A stretch of DNA of 64,000 bases, from NCBI GenBank assembly GCA_902491575.1, contig CABUID010000004.1, positions 2,627 through 66,626 of the forward strand. Reading direction: 5' to 3'. Source of the DNA: an uncultured Bacillota bacterium. Lineage in GTDB: Bacteria; Bacillota_I; Bacilli_A; RFN20; CAG-631. Position numbers and translations under genes: made by a program. The notes under the pieces were generated by a model that worked only from the letters and a program-made list of their open reading frames with translations, was not told the origin of the DNA and made no database searches. Shown piece after piece: positions 9,605 through 20,478 of the stretch (its first letter is position 1; the number at the start of each line of letters is the position of its first letter).

Positions 9605-10159
9605 ATGAGAAAAAATTTAGGTATTAAAACATTTATTTATCCTCAACCCGTATTAATTATAGGGACTTATGATGAAAAATTTAATGCAAATGCAATGAAT
9701 GCAGCATGGGGATGTATTGCAGATTATGATAAAGTGATTGTTTGTTTAGCGAAACATAAATCAACGGATAACATTTTATTAAATAAAGATTTTACCATTT
9801 CTATTGGGGAAGCTAAACAAGTTAAGGCATGTGATTATGTAGGAATTATCTCTCAAAATGAAGAACCTAACAAAATGCTAAAATCCGGCTTTACAACAAG
9901 CAAAGCAGAATTTGTAAATGCCCCTATTATCAACGAATTATCCTTATGTTTGGAATGCAGATTAATTAAAATTTTAGAAGGTGATTTATATTTAGCTAAA
10001 ATTATAAATGTGAATGCAGATGAATCGATTTTAGATGAAAACAATCATATTTCACTTGAAAAGTTTATACCAATTTCTTATGATCCATCCACGCATGGCT
10101 ATTATAAGGTAGAAGGTAGAATAGGAAATGCTTTTAAAGACGGAAAAGAATTAATCTAA
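9605..10159 (+). CDS. Flavin reductase-like (FMN-binding split-barrel) family protein.
   Basis: 'IYPQPVLIIGTYDE...NAMNAAWG' is typical of the PF01613 family. It is 10 nt downstream of the AKR gene. Confidence 0.7.
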   Translation: MRKNLGIKTFIYPQPVLIIGTYDEKFNANAMNAAWGCIADYDKVIVCLAKHKSTDNILLNKDFTISIGEAKQVKACDYVGIISQNEEPNKMLKSGFTTSKAEFVNAPIINELSLCLECRLIKILEGDLYLAKIINVNADESILDENNHISLEKFIPISYDPSTHGYYKVEGRIGNAFKDGKELI

Positions 10160-10558
10160 TATTTAATACAATTTTTTAAATATTTAAAAATTGAAAACTT
10201 ACGATAACCTTGATTCACTTCTTAAAATTGTTTTGAATTAGGCGTAAGTTTTTTTATTCTTTAAATTTGTCTATTTTCATGATACTATGTTTTATTTGCT
10301 TAAAGAAAAGATTATTTGTATAATTAATATTAAGTGAACCAGAGGTTCTACTATCATTGATAAAATTATGAATAACGGTAAAATATCATTTTGGCGCAAT
10401 AACCTTTCAATCAAACAATCATCCGGTAATTGTATTGGATGAAATATATTCCAAATGGATAGTAATAAATCTTTCATGGCAATCTGAATCAAATGAATTA
10501 TACTGAATTTTTATTGGATAGATACTATGTATTATGAAAATGTAATTGAGGTGTTTAC

Positions 10559-11404
10559 ATGGAACTATTTTTAGTAAAATCAAACAAAGAATTTAATCAA
10601 ATATTTAAAGATTATTTAAAAAAAGATGAAATAAAACTTCAACTTTTTTTACGCAATTTATCCAATCATCAAATGATAGATGCCACACAAATACGTGGTG
10701 GTATCTATACAAATCAAAGTTTAGATTTAATTTTTTTAAATGCCTATCCTTTCAATTTACAAATTTATAGTTTCACGAATAATAAAGATGCTTTTTCTCT
10801 TCTAGTTGATTATTTAATCAGCCATCATATTTCCATTAATGGTGTTCAAGGTAATTTGAATGATTGTACACTTTTCATCCAAGAATACAGCAAAAAAACA
10901 AACTTAAAGTTTCAATTACATTTTTCAATGAAAATCATGAAGTTAACGAAAGAAACTTTAAAAAAACCCTTAATAACAGGTAATTTACGTCAAGCAACAA
11001 AAGATGATATTTTTACTATTTTAAAAATTTATCATAAATTTTTAAAAGAAGCTTTAAATGAAACCAAAGATATAGACTATCTTTATAATGAAATCAATAA
11101 AATGATTGAAACAAAGCAATTATATGTTTTTATCAATTCACAAAAACAATTAACATCTTGTATAAAATTAATACATCATTCCTCTAATGGTGGTGCACTA
11201 TCTTTCGTTTTTACTGCTAAAGAATATCGTAACCTTGGATATGCTAAAGAAATGATTTATTTATTAGCTAATTCATTTTTGAAAACAAAAAAATATTTAA
11301 CATTATTTGTCGACCAAAACAAAACCATTCCAAATAAATTATATATTGGAATGGGCTTTACCTATGAAGAAGAAAACTATGATTATCGTTTAATTCAAGA
11401 ATAA
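10559..11404 (+). CDS. GNAT-fold acetyltransferase-like protein with an uncharacterised N-terminal domain.
   Basis: C-terminal 'RNLGYAKEMIYLLANSF...LYIGMGF' resembles GNAT motif A. Confidence 0.4.
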   Translation: MELFLVKSNKEFNQIFKDYLKKDEIKLQLFLRNLSNHQMIDATQIRGGIYTNQSLDLIFLNAYPFNLQIYSFTNNKDAFSLLVDYLISHHISINGVQGNLNDCTLFIQEYSKKTNLKFQLHFSMKIMKLTKETLKKPLITGNLRQATKDDIFTILKIYHKFLKEALNETKDIDYLYNEINKMIETKQLYVFINSQKQLTSCIKLIHHSSNGGALSFVFTAKEYRNLGYAKEMIYLLANSFLKTKKYLTLFVDQNKTIPNKLYIGMGFTYEEENYDYRLIQE

Positions 11405-11405
11405 A

Positions 11406-13469
11406 TTATTTTTGAATTTTTAATTGATAGGCATGAGCTCGAGTTTGATTGGTTAATTCATAAACATTTTTGCCAATAAATTTTAAATTTTTGGTTTTAA
11501 CGAGTTTTTCTTTTGAATAAATGATTTGTTTTTCATTTGCTTTAATAAAATGAGCATGTAAAACACCATCTTTTACTTTTTGTCGAATAACCGGACGGAT
11601 CGTGGCATTACTTGCTATTACTTGCAAATCTTTTACCGGACTAATCTGTAAAACTTTACAACAATGAGGATTTATCCAACAACTATATTCATTTTGGAAA
11701 ATTCCTTGATAACAATCCTCCCAAAAATCATAAACATGGCTTTCCTTTATTTTTAAATTGTATTTTTTAGGCTTTTCTTCCCAATTGACTAAAATGTAGA
11801 CATGTATACCATATTTGTTTTTAAAATCTAATTTGCTAACTAAATGCGATTCCATTAAATCCATAGGTATAGCACTATATTGAACATTAGGAAATATCTT
11901 ATCTATCCTTTCTAGTTGCTTTTCAGTTAAATTTTTTAATTTATCCGAAAGCATAATCGATCCACCACTAGCAGCGATTAAAGAAATATAAGTTAAAACT
12001 TCATCTTCTGTTCGAATGATGTTTTTTAAGCATTCTTCATCTTCGTTTTCATGATTACGAATAATTAAACAATCTGCATCATTAATGAATAATTTTTGAT
12101 TCATATAGTATCTTTTTAATGTAGAATTAAAAATATATTGTAAAGATTCAAAATCATCTTGAACATCGCCACTTACACGCATATAATCACATAAAGACGA
12201 CACATATGCTAATGGACAAGTACAAGCAAGAATTTCTCCCTCATCACCGATAGCTTTACGGATAATCTTAAATCCTTCTTGTAAATTCTTTACCGTATTA
12301 AAAGAAGGATCATAATGTCTTCCTGGAGCCAAATGAGAAGTAATAATATCTAATTTAAAATAACGAAATCCATATTCATGAGCAAACTTATAAAACAAAT
12401 CATAAAAATATTTTCGCACTTCAGGATGTGAAAAATCTAAAGATAAATTACCATAAGGTTCATCATTATCCCAATTTTTAACAAACCAATCTTTATGATG
12501 ATGGTAAATATCACTTTCATTATTGGAAGCAAATGGTGCAAACCATAATCCTGGTTTTAAATTTTCTTTTAAAATGTCCTTAGCTAATTGTTTTAAATCT
12601 TTAAATTTTTCATTATTCGTCCAATTGCACCAATTTATCTGCCATCCATCATCAATTTGAATGTATTTCACAGGATATTTTTTATAATTTAAAAGAAAAT
12701 TTAAATTTTCATAAACATTTTCTTGTTTTACTTGATTATAGTAATAATACCAAGTGCAATAACCAACAGGTGGTTTTAAATATTTTAAATGTACATTCAT
12801 ATTTTTAGCTATAATGGAAGCAAAAGTTGGCAAACCAGAATAAGCAATATCTTTAAAAAACCCTAAATATATCCAATCACTTAAAACCTCTTCATTTTCT
12901 TGAATATCATGATTCTCCATATGACCGATGATTTTAAAAGAACCATCATGATGAATCCACATTTCATTGAAAAATTTTTCATAAGTGATTAATCCAAAAA
13001 CACCTTGATTTTTCTTTTCGTCTATAAAAGCGATATTATCAACACTATGAATGATTTTACCAGGGGACAAACTCATGACTTCTAAAGTCGATTGCATTTC
13101 GTTAGCCATATTATTATTTGCATAAACATAATGATTCATTAAGCATTTTTGAAAGTTATGAACATACATTCCTTGAATAATCAATTCTTTACAACGTTTT
13201 AATGGACTTTGTTGATTTTTAAGAGAAACTTGAAATTTAAAACCTTTTTTTTCTTTTAATAACTTTACTTTACAATTCGAAGAAAAAGCCACATTATCTT
13301 GTACAGTCCAATGATCATCACATTGAAACTTTCCATTTTCATATAAAATAGAAAAAGATAGATGGCTAAAAACCATTTTATTTTGATAATAAACACATAA
13401 TTGATTTTGCTTATAAAGAAATTTCATATTTTTCTCCTTATTTTTGTTTTGATAAATTAAGTTTAACAT
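11406..13469 (-). CDS. Clan GH-D glycoside hydrolase, alpha-galactosidase-like (GH36/GH27-type).
   Basis: 'KYIQIDDGWQ' (the DDGW motif) and 'FRYFKLDI' (KxD nucleophile region). Its size of 687 aa is typical of GH36 enzymes. Confidence 0.5.
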   Translation of the reverse strand: MLNLIYQNKNKEKNMKFLYKQNQLCVYYQNKMVFSHLSFSILYENGKFQCDDHWTVQDNVAFSSNCKVKLLKEKKGFKFQVSLKNQQSPLKRCKELIIQGMYVHNFQKCLMNHYVYANNNMANEMQSTLEVMSLSPGKIIHSVDNIAFIDEKKNQGVFGLITYEKFFNEMWIHHDGSFKIIGHMENHDIQENEEVLSDWIYLGFFKDIAYSGLPTFASIIAKNMNVHLKYLKPPVGYCTWYYYYNQVKQENVYENLNFLLNYKKYPVKYIQIDDGWQINWCNWTNNEKFKDLKQLAKDILKENLKPGLWFAPFASNNESDIYHHHKDWFVKNWDNDEPYGNLSLDFSHPEVRKYFYDLFYKFAHEYGFRYFKLDIITSHLAPGRHYDPSFNTVKNLQEGFKIIRKAIGDEGEILACTCPLAYVSSLCDYMRVSGDVQDDFESLQYIFNSTLKRYYMNQKLFINDADCLIIRNHENEDEECLKNIIRTEDEVLTYISLIAASGGSIMLSDKLKNLTEKQLERIDKIFPNVQYSAIPMDLMESHLVSKLDFKNKYGIHVYILVNWEEKPKKYNLKIKESHVYDFWEDCYQGIFQNEYSCWINPHCCKVLQISPVKDLQVIASNATIRPVIRQKVKDGVLHAHFIKANEKQIIYSKEKLVKTKNLKFIGKNVYELTNQTRAHAYQLKIQK

Positions 13470-13615
13470 ACTTTTTTTAAAATTTTAATGAAATTCCTAT
13501 CCTTAAAAATTTTTGACAAGAAAAAAAATAAATTGATATCGAAAAAAAAGGATTTCAATTAAAAATATTGGTTAAGGTTCTATAAAATATGTTAAAATGA
13601 TAAAGAGGGTTAAAT

Positions 13616-14833
13616 ATGGACATCAAAAAAGAGCAAAAATATTTACTGGATTTAATATCATTTTATTTATTTGATGAACCTTTTGATATTTTATCTTATC
13701 CGGAAAAGGATCTTCATTTGCCTTATTTAAAAAGATTGATTAAAGAGCAAAAGATGGATGGATTAATTTTTTGTGCATTGGAAAAACTTCACCTAAAAAA
13801 TGATTTATACTATTCTTTAAAAAACCGGTATATGCAACTTGTTATTTATTCAACAAATCAAGATAACGAATATCAACAAATCATCCAACTATTGGATAAT
13901 CATCATATTCAATATGTTCCTTTAAAAGGAAGTTTCATGAAAAATTATTACCCTCATCATGAAAATCGCTTAATGGGAGATATTGATATTTTGATTCCTT
14001 ATGAAAAAAGGAAAGAAGTTCATCAACTACTACTTGAAAATGGTTATAGTGACGCAGAAGATGCACAACTAAGTTCACATCATGAAATCTTTACACATGG
14101 AGCTTATGGACATTTCGAAATTCATTTTCGTTTATTAGATGAAGAATGCTCAGCAAGGGATTATTTGGATAAAATTGTATGGGATGAAACCTTTAATCAT
14201 CAATTTACAAATGAATTTAATCTTGTCTATCAGCTTGCACATTATGCAAATCATTTCACCCATGGTGGTGCGTCTTTTAAATCATTCATCGATATTGCTT
14301 TACTTTTACAAAAAGAAAATATGAATGAAGAAAAACTTTATCATCTTTTAAAAGAGTCGAAACAAATTTCTTTTTACAATCATATTGCTCAATTAATTGA
14401 ATATATTTTTCCTTTAAAAGTTTTGTGTTTTCAAAAAGATTTAAGCAATGAACAGCTCAATCAAATCATTGATTTTATCTTCCGCTGCGGAGATTTTGGT
14501 TTTGGAAAAGACAATGATTTTAATTATCAAAGAATTCTTTATGATTTTTCTAGTAAAAAGAAGATTACAAAAGCAAGTAAACTAAAATATATTATTTTAC
14601 AAGTATGTATTCCTTATCGGAAATTTAAAGAAATCAGCAAAACGATTCGCTATTGTCCTATTTTATTACCTTTTGGATGGCTCGTTCGTTTAATTAAATA
14701 TTCTTTTAAATATAAAGGTAAAGTAAAAGAAAAACTTAAAAACATTTCTAAAATATCGAATAAAGATATCGAGAAATACCAATTAATACATCATTTTTTA
14801 AATGAAGAAGGAGAAATAAACCATGAAAAATAA
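13616..14833 (+). CDS. Uncharacterised nucleotidyltransferase family protein (PF14907-like).
   Basis: 'RLMGDIDILIPYEKRKEVHQLLLENGY' is a nucleotidyltransferase-type GD[I/V]D motif. Confidence 0.45.
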   Translation: MDIKKEQKYLLDLISFYLFDEPFDILSYPEKDLHLPYLKRLIKEQKMDGLIFCALEKLHLKNDLYYSLKNRYMQLVIYSTNQDNEYQQIIQLLDNHHIQYVPLKGSFMKNYYPHHENRLMGDIDILIPYEKRKEVHQLLLENGYSDAEDAQLSSHHEIFTHGAYGHFEIHFRLLDEECSARDYLDKIVWDETFNHQFTNEFNLVYQLAHYANHFTHGGASFKSFIDIALLLQKENMNEEKLYHLLKESKQISFYNHIAQLIEYIFPLKVLCFQKDLSNEQLNQIIDFIFRCGDFGFGKDNDFNYQRILYDFSSKKKITKASKLKYIILQVCIPYRKFKEISKTIRYCPILLPFGWLVRLIKYSFKYKGKVKEKLKNISKISNKDIEKYQLIHHFLNEEGEINHEK

Positions 14834-15146
14834 TGAAGAAATGTCCCAAATAGAAAAACTACTAGATGAAAATAATAATGATAATATCATTTTATTTAAC
14901 GAAAATAATGTAGAAACAGAATTTGAGCAAATTGCTGTTATTCCATTAGAAGATTGTATTTATTTTATATTAAAGCCTGTACAACCCATCGAAGGAGTTC
15001 AAGAGGACGAAGCACTTGTATTTGTTCTTGAAGAAACAGAAGATGAAGATATGATTGTCATTTGTGATGATGAAGAAACGATAAATAAAGTATTTGAAGA
15101 GTATTATAGTTTATTAAAAGAAGAGGGTTTAATCGATTCATTTTAA
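14823..15146 (+). CDS. DUF1292 family protein.
   Basis: 'IILFNENNVETEFEQIAVIPLEDCIYFILKP...EALVFVLEE' has the typical DUF1292 pattern and an acidic tail. It overlaps the upstream gene by 11 nt. Confidence 0.6.
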   Translation: MKNNEEMSQIEKLLDENNNDNIILFNENNVETEFEQIAVIPLEDCIYFILKPVQPIEGVQEDEALVFVLEETEDEDMIVICDDEETINKVFEEYYSLLKEEGLIDSF

Positions 15147-15299
15147 TATTATAAAATTTGTCCTTTATTTTAATGAACTGGATGCACCTTCTAAAATAAA
15201 AGAATAAAAAAAAAACGAAATTATCTTTTTATAAATCATTTCGTTTATGCAATAATTAAAAACTAAGAAGAAATCATCCTCTTTTTAGTTTTTTTTATT

Positions 15300-16052
15300 T
15301 TAATTCATTTCAATGTCATTCAATGAATTGATTTTTCTTGTAGATAAATATAATGGCATAAAAAAGATGAAAACCATCATAATTGTAATAATACTATTGA
15401 CTAAAGCAGAAGGTGTTTTTAAGATGGATGCAACCACTGCACTATGAAAGTTTTCTCCAACCAATACTAAAAATAAAGTTCGCAAGATAAATTCTAAAAT
15501 CACATTCACCATTACGCCTATGGATGAAGATAGAATAACTAATCTTAATAGTTTTTGAATTTTATGACCGATTAAAAGTAAAACAAGAAAGAGAATTGAA
15601 AACACATACATTAGTATTGCAGACAATAAAAATAATAAAGGCTCTTTTAATAATTCAGGTTGTGTAAAATAAAGAAATAAAGAAAGGCTACCTATTATAA
15701 GAAATATAATGGATAATATTAAAGGTAAAATTTTATATTCTTTTTCTTTTTTTAAAAGTACTCTCAATAAACTGCCAACGATAAAACAAAAACAAAATTT
15801 AACGATAAATGTTCGAATAAAAGTAGTATAAGGGTATCCGTTGATAATATCGTATAAACCCATTCCTATAGAACCAGATATTCCTCCGATAAGACCACCA
15901 AATAATAACGCTGCTAATATAGCGACAAAATTTCCTAGATGAATCATTCCGCCAATGGAAAAATTAATTTTAATATAAGTCGCCGCAAAAGTTAAAGATA
16001 TAAATAAAGCTGTATAAACCATTTTTAATAATAATTTTCGAGTTTTTTTCAA
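15300..16052 (-). CDS. Integral membrane protein, possibly an ECF-transporter S-component-like protein.
   Basis: Six or more predicted TM helices; 'GNFVAILAALLFGGLIGGISGSIG'. Confidence 0.35.
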   Translation of the reverse strand: MKKTRKLLLKMVYTALFISLTFAATYIKINFSIGGMIHLGNFVAILAALLFGGLIGGISGSIGMGLYDIINGYPYTTFIRTFIVKFCFCFIVGSLLRVLLKKEKEYKILPLILSIIFLIIGSLSLFLYFTQPELLKEPLLFLLSAILMYVFSILFLVLLLIGHKIQKLLRLVILSSSIGVMVNVILEFILRTLFLVLVGENFHSAVVASILKTPSALVNSIITIMMVFIFFMPLYLSTRKINSLNDIEMN

Positions 16053-16123
16053 ATCTTCACCTTCTAACTAAAATTTTTACTTTATTATATTCTTTTAAAA
16101 CTAAAAATAGAAACAAAAAATAA

Positions 16124-17482
16124 TTAAAGAATACCTTGCAAAATCATCGCTTCAGCAATTTTTTCAAAACCTGCTATATTGGCGCCTGCTAGTAAATCAT
16201 TTTCTTTTAGATGATAACGGAGAATGGTTTGATGTACATTATCTAATATTCCTTCCATAATTGCTTTTAATTTTTCATCTACTTCTTCAAATGTCCAACT
16301 TAAACGCATTGAGTTTTGGCTCATTTCTAATGCAGATGTGGCTACACCACCCGCATTTGCTGCTTTTGCAGGTCCAAAAATCACATCATTTTGTATAAAA
16401 TAATGTGCTGCGGATAAGGTAGAAGGCATATTGGCTCCTTCACAAACAGCAATAACTCCATTTTTTACTAATGCTTTGGCATCTTCTAATGTCAATTCAT
16501 TTTGTGTTGCACAAGGTAACGCTATATCACAAGGAATACTCCAAACTGTTGGATTACCTAATTTACTTTCTACATATTTTGCTGTTTTAACCGTTAAAAG
16601 ATAATCTTTAATTCTTCCTCTTTGTAAGAGTTTGATTTGTTTTACTAATTCTAAATCAATTCCATTTTCATCATAAATCCAACCATTAGAATCAGAAAGT
16701 GTTAATACTTTAGCGCCTAATTGAATAGCTTTTTCAGCTGCATAAATAGCAACATTTCCTGCACCAGAAATTACGACACGTTTTCCTTTCATAGAATCAT
16801 TTTTCAATGTCTTTAAAGCTTTTTCAGTAAAATAACATAAACCATATCCTGTAGCTTCTGTACGTACTAAAGATCCACCAAAAGTAATATCTTTACCTGT
16901 TAAAACACCTGTATATTCATTTTTTATTTTCTTATATTGACCAAATAAATAACCAATTTCTCTTCTTCCTACACCGATATCTCCTGCAGGGACATCACAA
17001 TGATGACCAATATGTCGATATAATTCATTCATAAATGCCTGACAAAATCGCATAATCTCTTGATCACTTTTTCCTTTAGGATCAAAATCTGCGCCTCCTT
17101 TTGCACCTCCAATAGGAAGAGTAGTTAAAGAGTTTTTTAAGCATTGTTCCAAACCTAAAAATTTAATAATCGATTCATTCACTGTAGGATGAAAACGTAA
17201 TCCGCCTTTATAAGGACCTATAGCACTATTATATTGCACACGAAATCCTCTATTTACATGTACTTGATTAGAATCATCCATCCAAGATACTCTAAACTGA
17301 ATAAATCTTTCAGGCTCTAAAAATCTTTCTAAAAGATGTTGATGTTCATATTCTGGATGATACTTTAATAAAATTTCTAAAGATTCTAAAATTTCCTGAC
17401 ACGCTTGTATATATTCTTTTTGATGTTCATTTTTTTTGCAAAATTCATCAAAAACCTTTTTTACATATTGATTATTTAACAT
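16124..17482 (-). CDS. gdhA: NADP-specific glutamate dehydrogenase.
   Basis: 'KGGLRFHPTVNESIIKFLGLEQCLKNSLTTLPIGGAKGG' is the Glu/Leu/Phe/Val dehydrogenase signature. Length 452 aa. Confidence 0.9.
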   Translation of the reverse strand: MLNNQYVKKVFDEFCKKNEHQKEYIQACQEILESLEILLKYHPEYEHQHLLERFLEPERFIQFRVSWMDDSNQVHVNRGFRVQYNSAIGPYKGGLRFHPTVNESIIKFLGLEQCLKNSLTTLPIGGAKGGADFDPKGKSDQEIMRFCQAFMNELYRHIGHHCDVPAGDIGVGRREIGYLFGQYKKIKNEYTGVLTGKDITFGGSLVRTEATGYGLCYFTEKALKTLKNDSMKGKRVVISGAGNVAIYAAEKAIQLGAKVLTLSDSNGWIYDENGIDLELVKQIKLLQRGRIKDYLLTVKTAKYVESKLGNPTVWSIPCDIALPCATQNELTLEDAKALVKNGVIAVCEGANMPSTLSAAHYFIQNDVIFGPAKAANAGGVATSALEMSQNSMRLSWTFEEVDEKLKAIMEGILDNVHQTILRYHLKENDLLAGANIAGFEKIAEAMILQGIL

Positions 17483-17578
17483 TTTTAAACCTCCTTAATA
17501 TTAATATTGTACATGATTTATTATTATATTTTAAGTTTTTTTTTATTTTCATAAAATACTGTTATTATTTAAACAAAA

Positions 17579-18595
17579 TTAAATAATAGAATTAAATATT
17601 TCTTTTAATTTAGTTTGCTGACCAATATTACTTGAGTTTAATTCATCAAATGATTCTTCCAAAATCATATTGTTTGGCTTTTTTATTAACATTTTAATTT
17701 TCATAGAAATTTCTTGTATACTTTTCACATCGAAAATTATATAAGATGGTTTTAAATTTTTAAAAAGATCTTTACATCCTGTATTATTTGACATTAACAA
17801 ACTACATCCTGAGTAAAATGCTTCTATTAATGCAATGCCAAATGATTCAAACGTACTGTTTTGAATGTAAATATTTGATTCATTTAAATTTGCAATAAAC
17901 TCATTGTGTGAGATTTGACCCATCCATTTTACAAAATTATATGTTTTAATTTCTTTATCTTTATTACCATTTGAACCAAAAACACGATATTCAATATTAA
18001 ATCCTTCTTGAATTAATTTTTCAATTGCTTTCGCTACAAATAAATTATTTTTTATATCACTACCTCCGCCTGCAGATGAAATAATAATTCTTTCATTGTC
18101 CTTATAATGAATTTTATTTTCTATTTTTTTTAAATTAATGGTATGATAAATATAATCAAATTTATTTGCATAAATTGCATAATTTTCTTTCATAAATTCA
18201 GAAAAAAATTTTGAAACACAAATGATTTTAGTTGATTTTTTTAAAATATAATTATCATATTTTTTTGCAGCTTTTGCAATCTCAATTGGCATGTCATTCC
18301 ATTGCGCTTCAAGTGATGGACATCCATGCATCAAGTAAATAATAGGCTTTCTTAATATTTTTGCGCATCTAAAGGCGAAAAAATTTATTCTAGATTTTGA
18401 ACAAACAAATAAAGCATCACAATTAATTATTTTAAAGAAACAATCTATAACTCTTTTTAAAAGATTTTTATTTTTACTTTTTTTAACAATAAAGTTTGAA
18501 TTTAAATTATTAAAAATTATTCTATTCGCATTAGCTGGTCCTGTATTCGATTCAAAATCACCTAACATATAAATTTTTTTCATTTTGGTTTTCAT
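17579..18595 (-). CDS. Glycosyltransferase family 1 (GT-B fold).
   Basis: C-terminal 'ESFGIALIEAFYSGCSLLMSNNTG' is the GT1/GT4 EX7E-like region. Confidence 0.65.
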   Translation of the reverse strand: MKTKMKKIYMLGDFESNTGPANANRIIFNNLNSNFIVKKSKNKNLLKRVIDCFFKIINCDALFVCSKSRINFFAFRCAKILRKPIIYLMHGCPSLEAQWNDMPIEIAKAAKKYDNYILKKSTKIICVSKFFSEFMKENYAIYANKFDYIYHTINLKKIENKIHYKDNERIIISSAGGGSDIKNNLFVAKAIEKLIQEGFNIEYRVFGSNGNKDKEIKTYNFVKWMGQISHNEFIANLNESNIYIQNSTFESFGIALIEAFYSGCSLLMSNNTGCKDLFKNLKPSYIIFDVKSIQEISMKIKMLIKKPNNMILEESFDELNSSNIGQQTKLKEIFNSII

Positions 18596-18633
18596 CTCCT
18601 CAACATTTTATTTTAAAAATTAATATAATTTTT

Positions 18634-20148
18634 TCATTTTTTAATAAATGTTATATAAAAGTTATGAATATTTTCTCTGTTAAGGATGAATTCAATAACT
18701 GCAACGATGACGAGTGAAATGCCAGTAACTTCTAATGCATTTATTATCCATCCACCATAACTAGTTGTTGAAATAGTCATCCAACTTGTCGATAGAACAA
18801 TTAAAAAAATAATAATTATATCTACAAAACATTGTTTTAAAAACAATGTAAATTTTCTATTTAAGATGTTTTTATGCAAATAAATTGTTTCATAAATTAC
18901 AAAGAATACAGTAGAAACGATAGTTCCAATTGCAACACCCACTAAACCATAATTAAAAACTAATACCACTGAAATTAAAACATTTAAAATTGTTTCTATT
19001 AATGATGCTTTTTGTGTTTGTTTATAATGTCCTGCTGCTTTTATTAATGTAAAATATCCATTTCGAATCAAATTCATAAAACCTGCTATTATGATTAAAA
19101 TTGCAAATAAAGGAACATTATAATTTGCATCTTCAATTCCATTTGTATAAATTAATACAAATGGAACAATTAAAATACCAGTAATTGTAAATAGCATTAC
19201 TCCTATTGTGTGCAAAAACCATTCAAAAGTATTAAAAGTAGAATTTAAATAGTTCATTTCTTTTTTGGCAATGATATTACCAAATGTAGCTAAAAAACCA
19301 TTAGTTAATGAGTTAATCATTGTTTTTATACTATTCACTACTAAAAAATAAATATTATATATTGCTACATTTGCAAGTGAAGATAAACATGTCAACACAA
19401 TAACATCGGTATTTTCATACACCATATAAGATATATGTTGAATAATTCCATTGCTTTTTTGAGGTAAACACGCAAAATCTGGTTTAATTTTTTTATCTAA
19501 TTTATAATGTTTTCTTACATATAATGCCATCAAAAGAGGTCTAAAAAGATAAATAATAGATGTCGATAACTTAACCAATTGAATATTACATCCATTAATC
19601 ATTAATAACACACATAATAAAGTATTTATTAATAATGTAAGACCATTTATTATATATTGAATATAAGATTTTTGATCTGCATTGATAAGAATTTGATAGC
19701 TTATACCTAAAAAATATTGAGAAAACTGAGAAATGCACATTGCTAAAATTAAAGAAACAGTAAACCAAAGGTCAAATTCATTAGCAACAATATTCGGATA
19801 AACAAAAATCAATATAACAACATATGCCACTAATATATAACTTACAACTCTAAAATATTTTTTAGCTGTAAAATAGATTCTAGATACTTCATTAGTATTG
19901 TCATCTGCTAATGGCTTGTATAATGCAGAAGAAACTACTGCTCCTATTCCTAAGTCACATATATTAATAAAAGATAAAAATTGAGTAATGGATGAAACTA
20001 ATCCATAAACACTAGAACCATAATAACGCAAAAAAAACTTAGGCAATATAAATCCACTAATTATTAATATAACTTGATAAGTTAATCCAAATATGGAACT
20101 TAATTTTAATTTTTTGATTCTATCATTACTTTGCATTTTTTTCACCAC
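18634..20148 (-). CDS. wzx: Oligosaccharide flippase (Wzx, MOP superfamily).
   Basis: 504 aa with about 12-14 TM helices; matches the polysaccharide biosynthesis protein family pattern. Confidence 0.7.
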   Translation of the reverse strand: MVKKMQSNDRIKKLKLSSIFGLTYQVILIISGFILPKFFLRYYGSSVYGLVSSITQFLSFINICDLGIGAVVSSALYKPLADDNTNEVSRIYFTAKKYFRVVSYILVAYVVILIFVYPNIVANEFDLWFTVSLILAMCISQFSQYFLGISYQILINADQKSYIQYIINGLTLLINTLLCVLLMINGCNIQLVKLSTSIIYLFRPLLMALYVRKHYKLDKKIKPDFACLPQKSNGIIQHISYMVYENTDVIVLTCLSSLANVAIYNIYFLVVNSIKTMINSLTNGFLATFGNIIAKKEMNYLNSTFNTFEWFLHTIGVMLFTITGILIVPFVLIYTNGIEDANYNVPLFAILIIIAGFMNLIRNGYFTLIKAAGHYKQTQKASLIETILNVLISVVLVFNYGLVGVAIGTIVSTVFFVIYETIYLHKNILNRKFTLFLKQCFVDIIIIFLIVLSTSWMTISTTSYGGWIINALEVTGISLVIVAVIEFILNRENIHNFYITFIKK

Positions 20149-20478
20149 TTAAAATTTTCACAAAATACAATCTAAATATCGATATTTTATTTCATCTAAA
20201 GAATTATTTTGATTACTGTATTTAATTTATCAACTTTTGAAATAAATCCTTTAAAAACAATAGCCTTATCTGAAATAGTCAGTATAAAAATTTTAATCTC
20301 TTTCATATTATTCTATTTACTGAGTAGTATAATATAAAAAGAAAAAGTCGAAAGAAATAAAAGATGATTCAACTTTTACGATTTTTATACCACATTTTTA
20401 TTATATCATATTAGCCAAAAATATAAACACATGATTAAACTGTTATGTTCTTTCAAAAAATTCTTACATCATCTTTTT

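Noticed and set aside
14139-14324. 61-aa internal ORF.
   Set aside because: Alternative frame inside the nucleotidyltransferase gene.
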